64,000 nt of DNA from Glaucostegus cemiculus (taxonomy: Eukaryota). This document shows positions 1 to 12,962 of the stretch, in pieces. Positions within the stretch are counted from its first letter, which is position 1. Every line of letters starts with the position of its first letter. The position numbers were made by a program, and so were the translations under genes. The notes beneath the pieces are model-generated. The model ran no database searches. It saw only the letters and a program-made list of their open reading frames with translations, and was not told where the DNA came from. The stretch is taken from positions 27,466,001-27,530,000 of the forward strand of contig CDPCPM010000033.1 in assembly GCA_976551045.1 (NCBI GenBank), given 5' to 3'.

Positions 1-759
1 AACTCACTACTTTGAATATGTTGGTACCTATTCAATTATGACAGCTGCAATGCTGAAACATATGCCAATATTCTCACTACAGACATTTAGTATTTGCTGA
101 GTTCCTCGAGCACTTTTTGCGTACTGACTTTGTTCTTCAAAACATCAGTAGGATGGCTGAAAGGCCACCTCAGGAATATAGGAGTGGTGCCATGCTGCAC
201 ACACCGGCTGCCTTGTCTCAGAAGAACAGCATTCAACCTTCCACCTCTACCACTCTGCTAGATCCCTTGCATTTACTTATCTACCTGACTGTCCAGAATG
301 TTGCTGCCCACCAGGAGATGATGCAGTCTGGCTCTGAGCATTCCAGGCCCAGAGCTGCTTGCATCTGTTCTCTCAGAAAATCTGTAATCTCCTCAATTGG
401 AAGTTGGCTGTCTCTCAATACAGCCAGAGGAGACAAAGGTACATGATCAATAAGGACCTAGACAATGAACAAAGATGTTTTTATTATTTTTATAAAAACA
501 TATCTTAGAATATGTACATCCAGCTGGGTTTCATTTTTTGTTGGCAGACTGGAGACTATCTATTGGACAGAAATAGAGGAAAGCCAAGGAACATGGACTC
601 TGACAAATGGGGAGCTGCAACTGACATTACTTATATCACTGTTCCATTATATCTTCATTTTCCTTTTGTGTTACTTCACTTCTTGTTCCACTCCTATCTA
701 TTCCGTTTCTTCATATTTCTGCTCATTTGATTCCCATCCAGTAGGTAGCAGACAAGGAC

Positions 760-1480
760 AGTTCCATCATGATGACTATGTCATTGGAGGATGAAACATA
801 CCACAATGGATCTTGATACCTACTCAAATGAGTACTGCAAATCTATCTAGAGCAGTTTAGGCAGCCGAAGTTTTGTTTGGTGTTCTGTTTCATGTCCTTT
901 TTGGGAGCAAGATTCTAATTCAACTCCTTTTTTTACACTGATGCAATGGATGTGAATAGGGGTCTCAAGCTATGTCATGAATAAACAACCCTCATCATCC
1001 ACAGACACCCCTATCCTTATTTTGGTCAAGCATGGGGGTGGTAAAACAAGGGGCAGAAAGGACTGCTGCAAAATGAAGGAATTTTGACAACTACCAGGAA
1101 CACAGGCATTCACCCAATCATGAGGACACACCTGCCTGACAATGAAGGAGTGAATTGATTTCAGTTCATGTAACTGCCCAAGGTTCACATGAAATGTACA
1201 TAAAGTTATGTACAAGCAAGTCAACAGCCCCTTCAACATACTGAGCCTTAAGTCTGTGCACATCCTTTCTGTCCATCCTGCTTGCCAATGTGGAGCAAGA
1301 GGTAAAACAATCAAACTGTATTTTTGTGAATGGAGAAGCCCAGTGACCTCCCTACCAGGGAACTGTGAGATATATCTCCCACAATAAAAAGCCATATTCT
1401 TAACAGTGTAATGCCAAGGTCAACTTGACAAATAAAGCAAGGCTGTCCTTACTTTATTTTGTGGCTGGATTTTGACTCAA
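760..1480 (-). mobile_element. Decayed PIF/Harbinger transposase (HARBI1-like DDE) relic
   Basis: ORF 970..1395 has ISQF..REVT, HS..V..VC.H, VNA..PGSC..SFILQQS; downstream reads FGCL..LQYSFE*VSRSIVVCFIL; colinear with HARBI1 motifs (HSLNVQLVCD, PGSxHDAFIL, GDKGY, FRCL, LQYSP, CCxLHN). Confidence 0.85.
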
Positions 1481-1997
1481 AACCTGGCCTGGTACCTGGA
1501 GTTAAAGCTTCATTTTTAAAAAGGAAAACATGAAGAAATTGCCTCTTTTTATATTAAGTTATAACCTCTTAACACAAGCACTAAAAGAACAAAAATCAAT
1601 CATTCAAACCATTTTGTTTGAATTATGAATCCTCCAAACAGTATTATTTATGCCTTTGCTAATATCAAACCCTGTTTTATGTCTACTTTTGAAGTAAAAC
1701 TAGTAAAGTCATAAATATAAACACCTGGTAATTGTCAACAATGATTAAACTAAGTGATCTTCTTAAGTTCTCCATTGTCAGTAAATCTTTAATCAGTCAA
1801 TGAAATAATGCTGACATTTATTTCTCTACCACATCTCCAGCCCATCTAAAGACCTGTTATACCCCAAGTTTATAACAACAGCAATAACACATAAATATAT
1901 CAAAATAGACCAGGACATAGAATAGAATTAATTAAAAAGTAGACAGGTACTTATTTCACACTTTTTTTTCATGTAAATCAACAAAAAGATATTCTAC

Positions 1998-2066
1998 CTT
2001 TTTCTGGAGTAACCTCTTTCTTTGGTTTCAATGGTTCAGCTGCTGGCTTCTTAGGAACTTCAGGCA
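1998..2066 (-). CDS. ttn: PEVK 69-nt repeat exon, copy 8 (P>A: VPEVPKKPAAEPLKPKKEVTPEK)
   Basis: Two adjacent substitutions; ttgaag/GTAGAA. Confidence 0.92.
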
Positions 2067-2269
2067 CTTCAAGAAATTAAAGACAACTATCATAACCAAA
2101 AGTACCAAGATAACAAGTTAAAATTGCACAAATATAATAATTTCTCTTCCACTGTAAATGTAGTGGAGAAGAAATTGACTAACCACTGAGAACAGATATG
2201 CAGAATATGTTACATTAGTAATCTCTGCTCATTCAGCACTTCACAGGTAACAGATTAAATTGGTCTAAA

Positions 2270-2540
2270 ACCAGAAAAAAGATGGGAATACTTAGCATGT
2301 CAGGCAGCATCTGTGAAGTGAGAAAGAGTTAATCTTGCAGGTCAATAACCTGTTATCAAGACCAATGAACTGAACATTCATGAGTTCTAATGCAAATTCA
2401 TCAACTTGAAATGCGTTTTTTGTGTAATACTTGAAGTATTAACACTGTTTCTCTCCCCACAAATGCTGCTGGACCTGTAGAAAATTTTCAGCATTTTCTG
2501 ATTTAATTTCAGTTTTTAACACTTGCAGTTTTTTGCCTTT
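2270..2540. mobile_element. Short element with imperfect inverted arms (CAGGCAGCATCTGTG / CACAGATGCTGC family; possibly Penelope-associated or MITE-like); related copies near 13200, 16300, 21540, 22190, 24580, 42810, 48430, 50560, 51630, 55080
   Basis: 2291-2332 is an imperfect reverse complement of 2439-2480; the motif recurs across the window; family assignment is inference. Confidence 0.6.
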
Positions 2541-3059
2541 CAATGAGTTTTCATTCTTACGTTGTTTATTGGCTTCAGGTTTTGCTAAGAGCCCTAATAA
2601 CACTTGTGACAGGAACTTAGGCAAGTAAGAAGTGGAAAGGAAAGGGGTGCAGTACTGACAAAGACAGCAGGCATTCAAGGCATTTTCTCAACAGGTAGTT
2701 GGAACAAGTAAAGATGGAGCCTAATGGCAAGCTGTTGCTTTAAGAACATGAAAGCAACATGGGGAAAAATAATACTGATCTAGAAAGAACTTTTTAGGTG
2801 AATTCAACTTCATTTAAGGTATTCAGTCACCTACTTTACAAGTCACATTCACTGCTCACTTCATTTACATACTTACTAATAATCTCCATTCGACTCAATT
2901 TACCTCTTCATATGCTACACCTCACACTCTGACACTTAGCACCATTGCAAACCTCAAACACACAACTGACCAGATTGAATATGCTAGTAGCTATTCAATT
3001 ATGACAGCTATATCACTGAAACATATTTCAGGTTTCTCACCGCAAAGCATTCTTCATTC

Positions 3060-3230
3060 TTGCAGAATGTGGCCGCTTAAAAACAGGAATCAGAATTAAG
3101 TGGAGGAGAGCAAACATGCCTAAATACTTCAACAACCAAGGAAAAGACAGTGCTGGGCATCGTGGGAAAAGGAATCACTGAAGATGTAGCCACTGGCAGA
3201 ACTAGAGGCATTGACATTCACAGTACATCC
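3060..3230 (+). mobile_element. Relic of the Harbinger Myb/SANT-like accessory ORF
   Basis: Reads SGGEQTCLNTSTTKEKTVLGIVGKGITEDVATGRTRGI, like the TGGG..LT..EE.VL.I.G motif; convergent with the transposase relic. Confidence 0.55.
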
Positions 3231-4569
3231 ACACTGGCATACTTCTCCATTCTCCATCCAGGAATTTCCTCTGTCCTCCAATCTGCACATGGCTTAAACA
3301 TCTATTTCATTGTTTCAGATCTTACTTCCACACAAATCAATCTACCTTTCTCAACACCCTAATACTAGCATCCTTCCAGTCAGTGGTGAAAGAGGAAGAT
3401 GACAGTAATGGTGAAGAGGAACTTTCACTGAATTTTACACACAGCTCCAAGATTGATACTCTGCAATTCGATGAGGATACAGGAGGGACCTGGACATGAC
3501 TAGGCAAGTGTGCATAAGCCACGGTGGGGGGATGAAGGACAATGCAGGTGCCTTCTCACCAATAGGGTAATATCATACACTAGTTCTGCTTCTGAGGTGC
3601 CTGATGAAGATCTTGGTGGCCGAACGACAGAAGAGACTGTTTCATGAACATAATCAAATAAACTGGTGTGCTATAAAGCCTGAGTTCAATGTTACATGCC
3701 ATGGATTAGTCCAGTACCAAATTGGTATCCTGCATGACACATATCTTAGGGACCACCCTCCAAGCATGGAAGAAGTCATCATCTCTATCATCATATCATG
3801 GTGGAACCAACCATGATGCCGTATCTGATGGCTGATCAAAGGTCTGACTTCTTCAGAGGAAGCTCAGAATGCATCCAATATGGCTCTGGATACCACTGTT
3901 CAAAAGGATATCCAAAAAGTCAGTCATTCATGATTCTGTTCTCCAAACCATCAGCTGGATGGCTGGAAAAGCTAACTCAGGGATAAAGGCATGGTGCTAT
4001 TCTGCATACACCTGCTGCCTTCTCTCAGGAGCAGGACATTCCACTTTCCACCACTCACACTCTGCCAGATCCCTGGCATTTATTTAACCATCTAGCTGAC
4101 TGCCAGACTGTTACTGCCCACCAAGAGATGATGTAGTCTATCACTGGGCATTCCAGGGCCAGAGCTGTTTGTGTTTGTTCTCTCATGAGACTTGCAATCT
4201 CATCAGCTGGAAGTCAATTGCCTTCCAATGTCCATGCTAAAGTTACTATGAAAGGTTCATGCAAGAGCACTAGAAGAGGCAGAGGTATATGAAAATTAAG
4301 CACTAAGGTAAATGAATTATTTTTATAAAAGCATATTTTAGAATATGTACTTCAAGCTGGGTTTCATTTTTCTGTTGGCAGACTGTTGACTGTCCAAAGC
4401 TAAGGAAAGTGGAACTTTGACAAATAGGGAGCTACAGTTGACATTACTGTTTACATTATATCTTCATTTTCCTTTTGTGTTACTCTACTTCTTGGTTCAC
4501 TCCTATCTCTTCCAGGTTTTCATCCTTCTGCTCATTTGATTCCCATCTAGTAGGCAGGAGACATGGACA

Positions 4570-5770
4570 GTTCCCTCACGATGACAATGTTGTTGCAGGA
4601 TGAAGCACTCCACAATGAATCTCGATATCTACTCAGATGAGTACTGTAAAAAACGTCTACAACAGTTTCAGCAGCCGAAGGTTTGCCTGGTGTTCTGTTT
4701 CATGCCCTTTGTGGCAGCAAGACTCTAATTTTGCTCCTACTTTATACCTACCCATTGAATATGAATAGGGATCTCAAACTATATCATGAGTGAACAACCC
4801 TTATCACCTATAAACACCCCTTTCCTTGTTTTGGTCAAATGGTGGCAAAAAAAAGGCAAAAAGGACCCAAATAAAGGCAGCAAAAATAACTGCTGCAAAA
4901 TGAAGGCATCTTGACAACTGCCAGAATAGCAGACATTCACCTATCCATGGGGGTATACTAGCTCAACAGTGAGGGAGTGAAATTATATCAATTGATGTAA
5001 CTGGCTGAGTTTCACAAGAAAGGCACATAAAGCATATATAATATGACAAAAACCAGCTTGCTCTCCACAGACTCTGTCTACACTTCTTGTGGCTTCAGAA
5101 AAGCGGCCAACATAATCAAAGACCCTGCCAACACCAGAATTCTCTCTCCTGTCTCCTCCCATTGGGCAGAAGATACAAAAACATGAAAACTTGCACCACC
5201 AGGCTCAAGGACAGCTTCCATCCTGCTGTTATCAGATGATAGAATGGAGTTCTTGTACGATAAGATGGACTCTTGACCTCACAATCTACCTCGTCATGGC
5301 CTTGCATATTATTGTCTACCTGCACTGCACTTTCTCTGTAACTGTAACACAATATTCTACATTCTATTATTGCCTTTCCCTTGTAGTACCTTGACATACT
5401 TATGTTGTGAAATGATCTGAATGGATGGCATGCAAAACAAAGTTTTTCACTGTTCCTCAGTACATGTGACAATAATAAGACAATTACCATTTACAAGAAG
5501 ACAACAGCCAATTCAACATAGTGAGCTTTTAATATGTGCACATCATTCTGTCCATCCTGCCTGCATATCTAGAGCAAGAGGTAAAAAGAGCAGGCTGTAT
5601 TTCTATAAATGGAGAAGCCCAGTGACATCCCTACCACAAAATTGAGATGTTCCTGTGTCTCCCAGAGTAATCTGGAAAAAGCAACATTCATAACAGTATA
5701 GAGCCAAGGGTCACTTTGACAACAAAAGCAAGGCCGTCCTTGCTTTATTTTGTGGATGGATTTTGACTCA
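4570..5770 (-). mobile_element. Decayed Harbinger transposase relic, interrupted by a LINE
   Basis: Reads FHSLTVELV..VNVCYSGSCQDAFILQQ, GVFIGDKGCSLMI, SLAATK, LQYSSE*ISRFIVECFIL with stops. Confidence 0.85.
5041..5491 (+). mobile_element. Rex1/Babar-type LINE 3' fragment
   Basis: Degenerate KAANIIKDP..GRRYK..TTRLKDSF ORF2 C-terminus and 3' tail; absent from the sister units. Confidence 0.8.
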
Positions 5771-6317
5771 AAACCGGCCCTGGTACCTGGAGTTAAAGCT
5801 TCAATTTTAAAAAGGGAAATGTGAAGAAATGGCCTCTCTTCATGTCAAATTTTAAAGTCTTAACACAGCCTTCAGGTTGCTTAAAGAACAAAAAATGGCT
5901 CTTCAAGCCATTTTTCTTGAATTATAAATCCCCCAAAGAGTATTACTTATGCTTTATGCTTTGATTTATCAAACCACACTTCATGTCTACTATTGGAACA
6001 AAATTGTTAAAGTTTTAAAAATAGGCACCTGGTAATTGTCAACAATGATTAAACTAGGCAATTTTCATAAGTTCTCCATTGCGACTAAATTTTATAAACA
6101 GCCAATGGATTAATCCTGACATTTCCTTCTCCACCGAATCTCCAGCCCATCTAGAGATTTGTTACACCATGATTGTGCAATAGAGCTTGTAATAATAATA
6201 ATGCATAAATTATCAAAATAGACAAGGACATAGAATAGAATTAGTAATTAAAAAGTAAAAAGGTACTTATTTCACACTAATATTTTGAGCATTTAAATCA
6301 ACAAAAAGATATTCTAC

Positions 6318-6386
6318 CTTTCTCTGGAGTAACCTCTTTCTTTGGCTTCAATGGTTCAGGAGCTGGCTTCTTAGGAACTTCAGGCA
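6318..6386 (-). CDS. ttn: PEVK 69-nt repeat exon, copy 7
   Basis: Two synonymous differences from copy 1; inside ORF 6298..6480. Confidence 0.92.
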
Positions 6387-7545
6387 CTTCAAGAAATATT
6401 ATAATTTTATAATTAAATACAACTATTATAACCAAAATTACTTTTATAACAAGCTGACAAAGCACAAATATATGTGTCAAAGAAATGAGATACCTAGTAA
6501 TTTCTCTTCTCCTGTAAATTACATCCCTTTCCTTATTTTGGTCAAGTATAGGGTTGTCAAAAATAGAGGGAAAAACAAGTGCAGCAAAATGAAGGAATTT
6601 CTACTACTCCTGGGATAGCAGGCATTCTCCTACTCTTGGTGTCACTTCAGTTCAACACTGAGAGATATAAGATCCCTCTGAGTTCACGAAAATGGTCAAG
6701 TTTCATGAGAATTGTGTGCAAGTCCACATACATATAGTCAACAGCCCTTGCAAAATACAGAACATTTAGCTTTTTGCATATGGTTCTCCTCATCCTGCCT
6801 ACATATCTACAGCAAAAGCCAACAAGAGGAAGCTGCACTTCTGTGCATATGGAAACCCAACGACTTCCTTTGCAGGGAACTGTGAGATGTTGATTGTATC
6901 CTGGAGAAAGCCAGATTCATAACGATTTACAGCCAGAGTCACCTTGACAGGAAAAAGCAAAGCCCTAGCTCTACTTTGTGGACTTGACGCACAACCTTGT
7001 CTGGTACCTTGAGTAAATGTTCCAGTTTAAGAAGTGGAAATGAGAAGAAATAGCTTCTTTTCATGTCCATTTATAAAGTCTTAACACAAGCACCAGGTTA
7101 CTTAAAGAATAAAAAAAAGCTCTTCAAATCATTTTGCTTGAATTATAAATCCTCCAAACAGTATTACTTATGCTTTATGCTTTCATTTATCAAACCACAC
7201 TTTATGTCTACTATTGGAATTAAATTATTAAAATTTTAAAAATAGGCACCTGGTCATTGTCAACAATGATTAAACTACACAATTTTCTTAAGCTCTGCAT
7301 TGCGACTAAATTTTATACTCAGCCAATGGATTAATCCTGACATTTCCTTCTCCACTGAATCCCCAGCCCATCTAGAGATTTGTTACACCCATGATTGTGC
7401 AATAGAGCTTATAATAATAATAATAATAATGCATAAATTATCAAAATAGACAAGGACATAGAATAGAATTAGTAATTAAAAAGTAAAAAGGTACTTATTT
7501 CACACTAATATTTTGAGCAATTAAATCAACAAAAAGATATTCTAC

Positions 7546-7614
7546 CTTTCTCTGGAGTAACCTCTTTCTTCGGTTTCAATGGTTCAGGAGCTGGCTTCTT
7601 AGGAACTTCAGGCA
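7546..7614 (-). CDS. ttn: PEVK 69-nt repeat exon, copy 6
   Basis: Two synonymous differences from copy 1. Confidence 0.92.
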
Positions 7615-9160
7615 CTTCAAGAAATATTATAATTTTATAATTAAATACAACTATTATAATCAGAAGTAATATTATAACAAGCTGACAAAAAACAAATATA
7701 TGTGACAGAGAAATGAGATACCTAATAATTTCTCTTCTCCTGTAAATGAAATGCCTTTCCTTATATTGGTCAAGTATAGAGTTGTCAAAAATAGAGGGAA
7801 AAACAAGTGCAGCAAAATGAAGGAATTTATACTACTCCTGGGATAGCAGGCATTCTCCTACTCTTGGTGTCACTTCAGTTCAACACTGAGAGATATAAGA
7901 TCCCTCTGAGTTCACGAAAATGGTCAAGTTTCATGAGAATTGTATGTAAGTCCACATACAAGTAGTCAATAGCCCTTGCAAAATAAAGAACATTTAGGTT
8001 TTTGCACATTGTTCTCCTCATCCTGCCTACATATCTACAGCAAACGCCAGCAGGAGGAAGCTGTACTTCTGTGCATAGGGAAACCCAGTGACTTCCTTTG
8101 CAGGGCACTGTGAGTTGTTGATTGTACTCTGGAAAAAAATCAGATTCATAACGATTTACAACCAAAGTCATCTTGACAGGAAAAAGCAAAGCCCTAGCTC
8201 TACTTTGTGGATTTGACACAAAACCTTGTCTGGTTACCTCGAGTTAATGTTCCATTTTAAAAAAAGGGAAATGAGAAGAAATTGCCTCTTTCATGTCGAG
8301 TTACAAAGTCCTAACACAAGCATCAGGTTGTTTAAAAAACATATATTGGCTCTGTAAACCATTTTGCTTGAATTTTGAATCCTCAGAACAGAATCATTTA
8401 TGCTTTATGCTGATATCAAACCATATCTACTTTGGAATGAAATTAGTACAGTCATAACTATAGGTACCTAGTCATTGTCAACAATGATTAAACTAAGTGA
8501 TTTTTGGAAATTCTTCATTACCAGGTAGATCTGATAATCAGCCAAATGGAATAATTCTGACATTTATTTCACTACTAAATCCTTGGCCCACTTAAAGGTT
8601 TGTTATACTCTCAACTGCACAACAATAATAACACCTGAGTTCATCAAAATTGACATGGATAAAGCCACATTCATAACAGTGTAGAGCCAAGGCCACTTTG
8701 ACAACAAAAGCAAGGCTGTCCTTGCTTTATTTTGTCCTGGATTTTGACTCAAAACCTGCCATGGTAGCTGGAGTTAAAGCTTCAATTTTGAAAAGGGAAT
8801 TGTGAAGAAATGGCCTCCTTTCATGTCAAATTATAAAGTCTTAACACAAGCTCCAGATTGCTTAAAGAACAAAAAACGGCTCTTCAAACCATTTTTCTTG
8901 TATTATAAATCCTCCAGACAGTACTATTTCTGCTCTATGCTTTGAATTATCAAACCACACTTCATGTCTACTATTGGAATGAAATTATTGATCTTTTAAA
9001 AATAGGCACCTGGTCATTGATTAAACTAGGCAATTTTCATAAGTTCTCCATTGCGACTAAATTTTATAAACAGCCAATGGATTAATCCTGACATTTCCTT
9101 CTCTAACGAATCTCCAACCCATCTAGAGATTTGTTACACCCTTGATTGTGCAATAGAGCT

Positions 9161-9162
<2 letters not shown>

Positions 9163-9204
<42 letters not shown>
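9163..9204. repeat. (TAA)14 microsatellite; homologous tracts of 4, 6, 9 and 6 units at 6190, 7412, 10386 and 11593
   Basis: Counted directly. Confidence 0.95.
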
Positions 9205-9207
<3 letters not shown>

Positions 9208-9320
9208 ATAAACTATCAAAATAGATGAGGACATGGAATAGAATTAGTAATTACAAAGTAAACAGGTACTTAATTCACACAAATAATTTTAGTATTTAAA
9301 TCAACAAAAAGATATTCTAC

Positions 9321-9389
9321 CTTTCTCTGGAGTAACCTCTTTCTTTGGTTTCAATGGTTCAGGAGCTGGTTTCTTAGGAACTTCAGGCA
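9321..9389 (-). CDS. ttn: PEVK 69-nt repeat exon, copy 5
   Basis: Two synonymous differences from copy 1. Confidence 0.92.
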
Positions 9390-10383
9390 CTTCAAGAAAT
9401 ATTATAATTTTATGATTAAATACAACTAGTATAACCAAAAGTACTTTTATAATAAGCTGACAAAGCACAAATATACGTGACAGAGAAATGAGATGCCTAA
9501 TAATTTCTCTTCTCCTGTAAATGGAATGCCTTTCCTTATATTGGTCAAGTATAGGGTTGTCAAAAATAGAGGGAAAAACAAGTGCGACAAAATGAAGGAA
9601 TTTTTACTACTCCTGGAATAGCAGGCATTTTCCTACACTTGGTGTCACTTCAGCTCAATACTGATTGATGCCTGATCACCCATAGTTCATGAAAATGGTC
9701 AAGTTTCATGAGAATTATATGCACGTCCACATACAAGTAGTCAACAGCCCTTGTAAAATACTGAACATTTAGCTTTTTGCATATGTTTCTCCTCAATCTG
9801 CCTACATATCTATAGTAAAAGCCAACAAGAGGAAGCTGTACTTCTGTGCATAGGGAAACCCAATGACTTCCTTTGCAGGGAACTGTGAGATGTTAATTGT
9901 ATCCTGGAGAAAGGCACCTTGACAGGAAAAAACAAAGCCCTAGCTCTACTTTGTGGACTTGACACACAACCTTCTCTGCTACCTCGAATTAATGTTCCAG
10001 TTTAAAAAAAGGAAAATGAGAAGAAATTGCCCCTTTTCATGTCCATTTATAAAATCTTAACGCAAGCACCAGGTTGCTCAAAGAATAAAAAAAGAGCTCT
10101 TCAAATCATTTTGCTTGAATCATAAATCATCCAAACAGTATTATTTATGCTTTATGCTTTGATTAATCAAACCACACTTTATGTCTACTATTGGAATTCA
10201 ATTATTAAAGTTTTAAAAATCACCTGGTAATTGTCAACAATGATTAAACTACGCAATCTTATAAAGTTCTCCATTGCGACTAAATGTTATACACAGCCAA
10301 TGGATTAATCCTGATGTTTCCTTCTTTACCGAATCTCCAGCCCATCTAGAGATTTGTTACACCCTTGATTGTGCAATAGAGCT

Positions 10384-10415
<32 letters not shown>

Positions 10416-10527
10416 ATAAACTATCAAAATGACAAGGACATAGAATAGAATTAGTAATTGAAAAGTAAACAGGTACTTACTTCACACTAATATTTTGAGC
10501 AATTAAATCAACAAAAAGATATTCTAC

Positions 10528-10596
10528 CTTTTTCTGGAGTAACCTCTTTCTTTAGTTTCAATGGTTCAGGAGCTGGCTTCTTAGGAACTTCAGGCA
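10528..10596 (-). CDS. ttn: PEVK 69-nt repeat exon, copy 4 (P>L: ...PLKLKKE...)
   Basis: One substitution at 10554. Confidence 0.9.
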
Positions 10597-11726
10597 CTTC
10601 AAGAAATATTATAATTTTATGATTAAATACAACTATTATAACCAAAAGTACTTTTATAATAAGCTGACAAAGCACAAATATACGTGACAGAGAAATGAGA
10701 TGCCTAATAATTTCTCTTCTCCTGTAAATGGAATGCCTTTCCTTATATTGGTCAAGTATAGGGTTGTCAAAAATAGAGGGAAAAACAAGTGCGACAAAAT
10801 GAAGGAATTTTTACTACTCCTGGAATAGCAGGCATTTTCCTACACTTGGTGTCACTTCAGCTCAACACTGATTGATGCCTGATCACCCTTAGTTCATGAA
10901 AATGGTCAAGTTTCATGAGAATTATATGCACGTCCACATACAAGTAGTCAACAGCCCTTGTAAAATACTGAACATTTAGCTTTTTGCATATGTTTCTCCT
11001 CAATCTGCCTACATATCTATAGTAAAAGCCAACAAGAGGAAGCTGTACTTCTGTGCATAGGGAAACCCAATGACTTCCTTTGCAGGGAACTGTGAGATGT
11101 TAATTGTATCCTGGAGAAAGGCACCTTGACAGGAAAAAACAAAGCCCTAGCTCTACTTTGTGGACTTGACACACAACCTTCTCTGCTACCTCGAATTAAT
11201 GTTCCAGTTTAAAAAAAGGAAAATGAGAAGAAATTGCCCCTTTTCATGTCCATTTATAAAATCTTAACACAAGCACCAGGTTGCTCAAAGAATAAAAAAA
11301 GAGCTCTTCAAATCATTTTGCTTGAATCATAAATCATCCAAACAGTATTATTTATGCTTTATGCTTTGATTAATCAAACCACACTTTATGTCTACTATTG
11401 GAATTCAATTATTAAAGTTTTAAAAATCACCTGGTAATTGTCAACAATGATTAAACTACGCAATCTTATAAAGTTCTCCATTGCGACTAAATGTTATACT
11501 CAGCCAATGGATTAATCCTGATGTTTCCTTCTTTACCGAATCTCCAGCCCATCTAGAGATCTGTTACACCCATGATTGTGCAATAGAGCTTATAATAATA
11601 ATAATAATAATACATAAACTATCAAAATAGACAAGGACATAGAATAGAATTAGTAATTGAAAAGTAAACAGGTACTTACTTCACACTAATATTTTGAGCA
11701 ATTAAATCAACAAAAAGATATTCTAC

Positions 11727-11795
11727 CTTTTTCTGGAGTAACCTCTTTCTTTGGTTTCAATGGTTCAGGAGCTGGCTTCTTAGGAACTTCAGGCA
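11727..11795 (-). CDS. ttn: PEVK 69-nt repeat exon, copy 3
   Basis: Identical to copy 1; donor GTAGAA. Confidence 0.92.
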
Positions 11796-12893
11796 CTTCA
11801 AGAAATATTATAATTTTATGATTAAATACAACTATTATAGCCCAAAGTACCAAGCTGACAAAGCACAAATATATGTGTCAAAGAAATGAGATACCTAATA
11901 ATTTCTCTTCTGTAAATGGAATGCCTTTCCTTATATTGGTCAAGTATAGGGTTGTCAAAAATAGAGGGAAAAACAAGTGCAGCAAAATGAAGGAATTTCT
12001 ACTACTCCTGGGATAGCAGGCATTCTCCTATTCTTGGTGTCACTTCAGTTCAACACTGAGAGATATAAGATCCCTCTGAGTTCACGAAAATGGTCAAGTT
12101 TCATGAGAATTGTATGTAAGTCCACATACAAGTAGTCAACAGCCCTTGCAAAATAAAGAACATTTAGGTTTTTGCACATTGTTCTCCTCATCCCCCCTAC
12201 ATATCTACAGCAAAAGACAAGAAGAGGAAGCTGCACTTCTGTGCATAGGGAAACCCAGTGACTTCCTTTGCAGGGAACTGTGAGATGTTGATTGTATCCT
12301 GGAGAAAGCCAGATTCATAACAATTTACAGCCAAAGTCACCTTGACAGGTAAAAGCAATGCCCTAGCTCTACTTTGTGGATTTGATACACAACCTTGTCT
12401 GGTACCTTGAGTTAATGTTCCATTTTAAAATGGGAAATGAGAAGAAATGGCCCATTTTCATGTCCAGTTATAAAGTCCTAACACGAGCATTAGGTTGTTT
12501 AAAGAACAAATATTGGCTCTATAAACCATTTTGCTTGAATTTTGAATCCTCAAAACAGAATCATTTATGCTTTATGCTGATATCAAACCATATCTTCTTT
12601 GGAATGAAATTAGTACAGTCATAAATATAGGCACCTGATCATTGTGAACAATGATTAAACTAAGTGATTTTTGGAACTTCTTCATTACCAGTAGATCTGA
12701 TAATCAGCCAAATGGAATAATTCTGACATTTATTTACCTACTAACGCCTTGGCCCATTTAAAGTTTGTTATACCCTGAATTGCACAATAATAATAACATC
12801 TAAATTGTCAAGGATATAGAACAGGTTACAATGTGGCAAGGTACTTTTTCACACTAATAGTTCAAGTATTTAAATGGACAAAAAAATACATAC

Positions 12894-12962
12894 CTTTTTC
12901 TGGAGTAACCTCTTTCTTTGGTTTCAATGGTTCAGGAGCTGGCTTCTTAGGAACTTCAGGCA
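12894..12962 (-). CDS. ttn: PEVK 69-nt repeat exon, copy 2
   Basis: Identical to copy 1; donor GTATGT. Confidence 0.92.

Larger units (their letters stand above)
6525..12390 (-). mobile_element. Truncated Harbinger transposase relics, one per short unit (about 6525-6990, 7750-8220, 8661-8750, 9527-9965, 10735-11170, 11920-12390)
   Basis: ORF 7875..8219 starts NPQSRARALLFPVKMTLVVNRYESDFF, like the HARBI1-type LQPQSRARTALPVAVKVTVALNFYASGSF. Confidence 0.8.

Noticed and set aside
970-1395. 141-aa ORF as a domesticated HARBI1-like gene
   Set aside because: Catalytic motifs are degenerate, stops follow, and sister copies are broken
6647-12236. Repeated ORFs (MQLP...ILYLSVLN) as a novel small protein family
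   Set aside because: Shifted-frame readings of the duplicated transposase relic, disrupted in other copies
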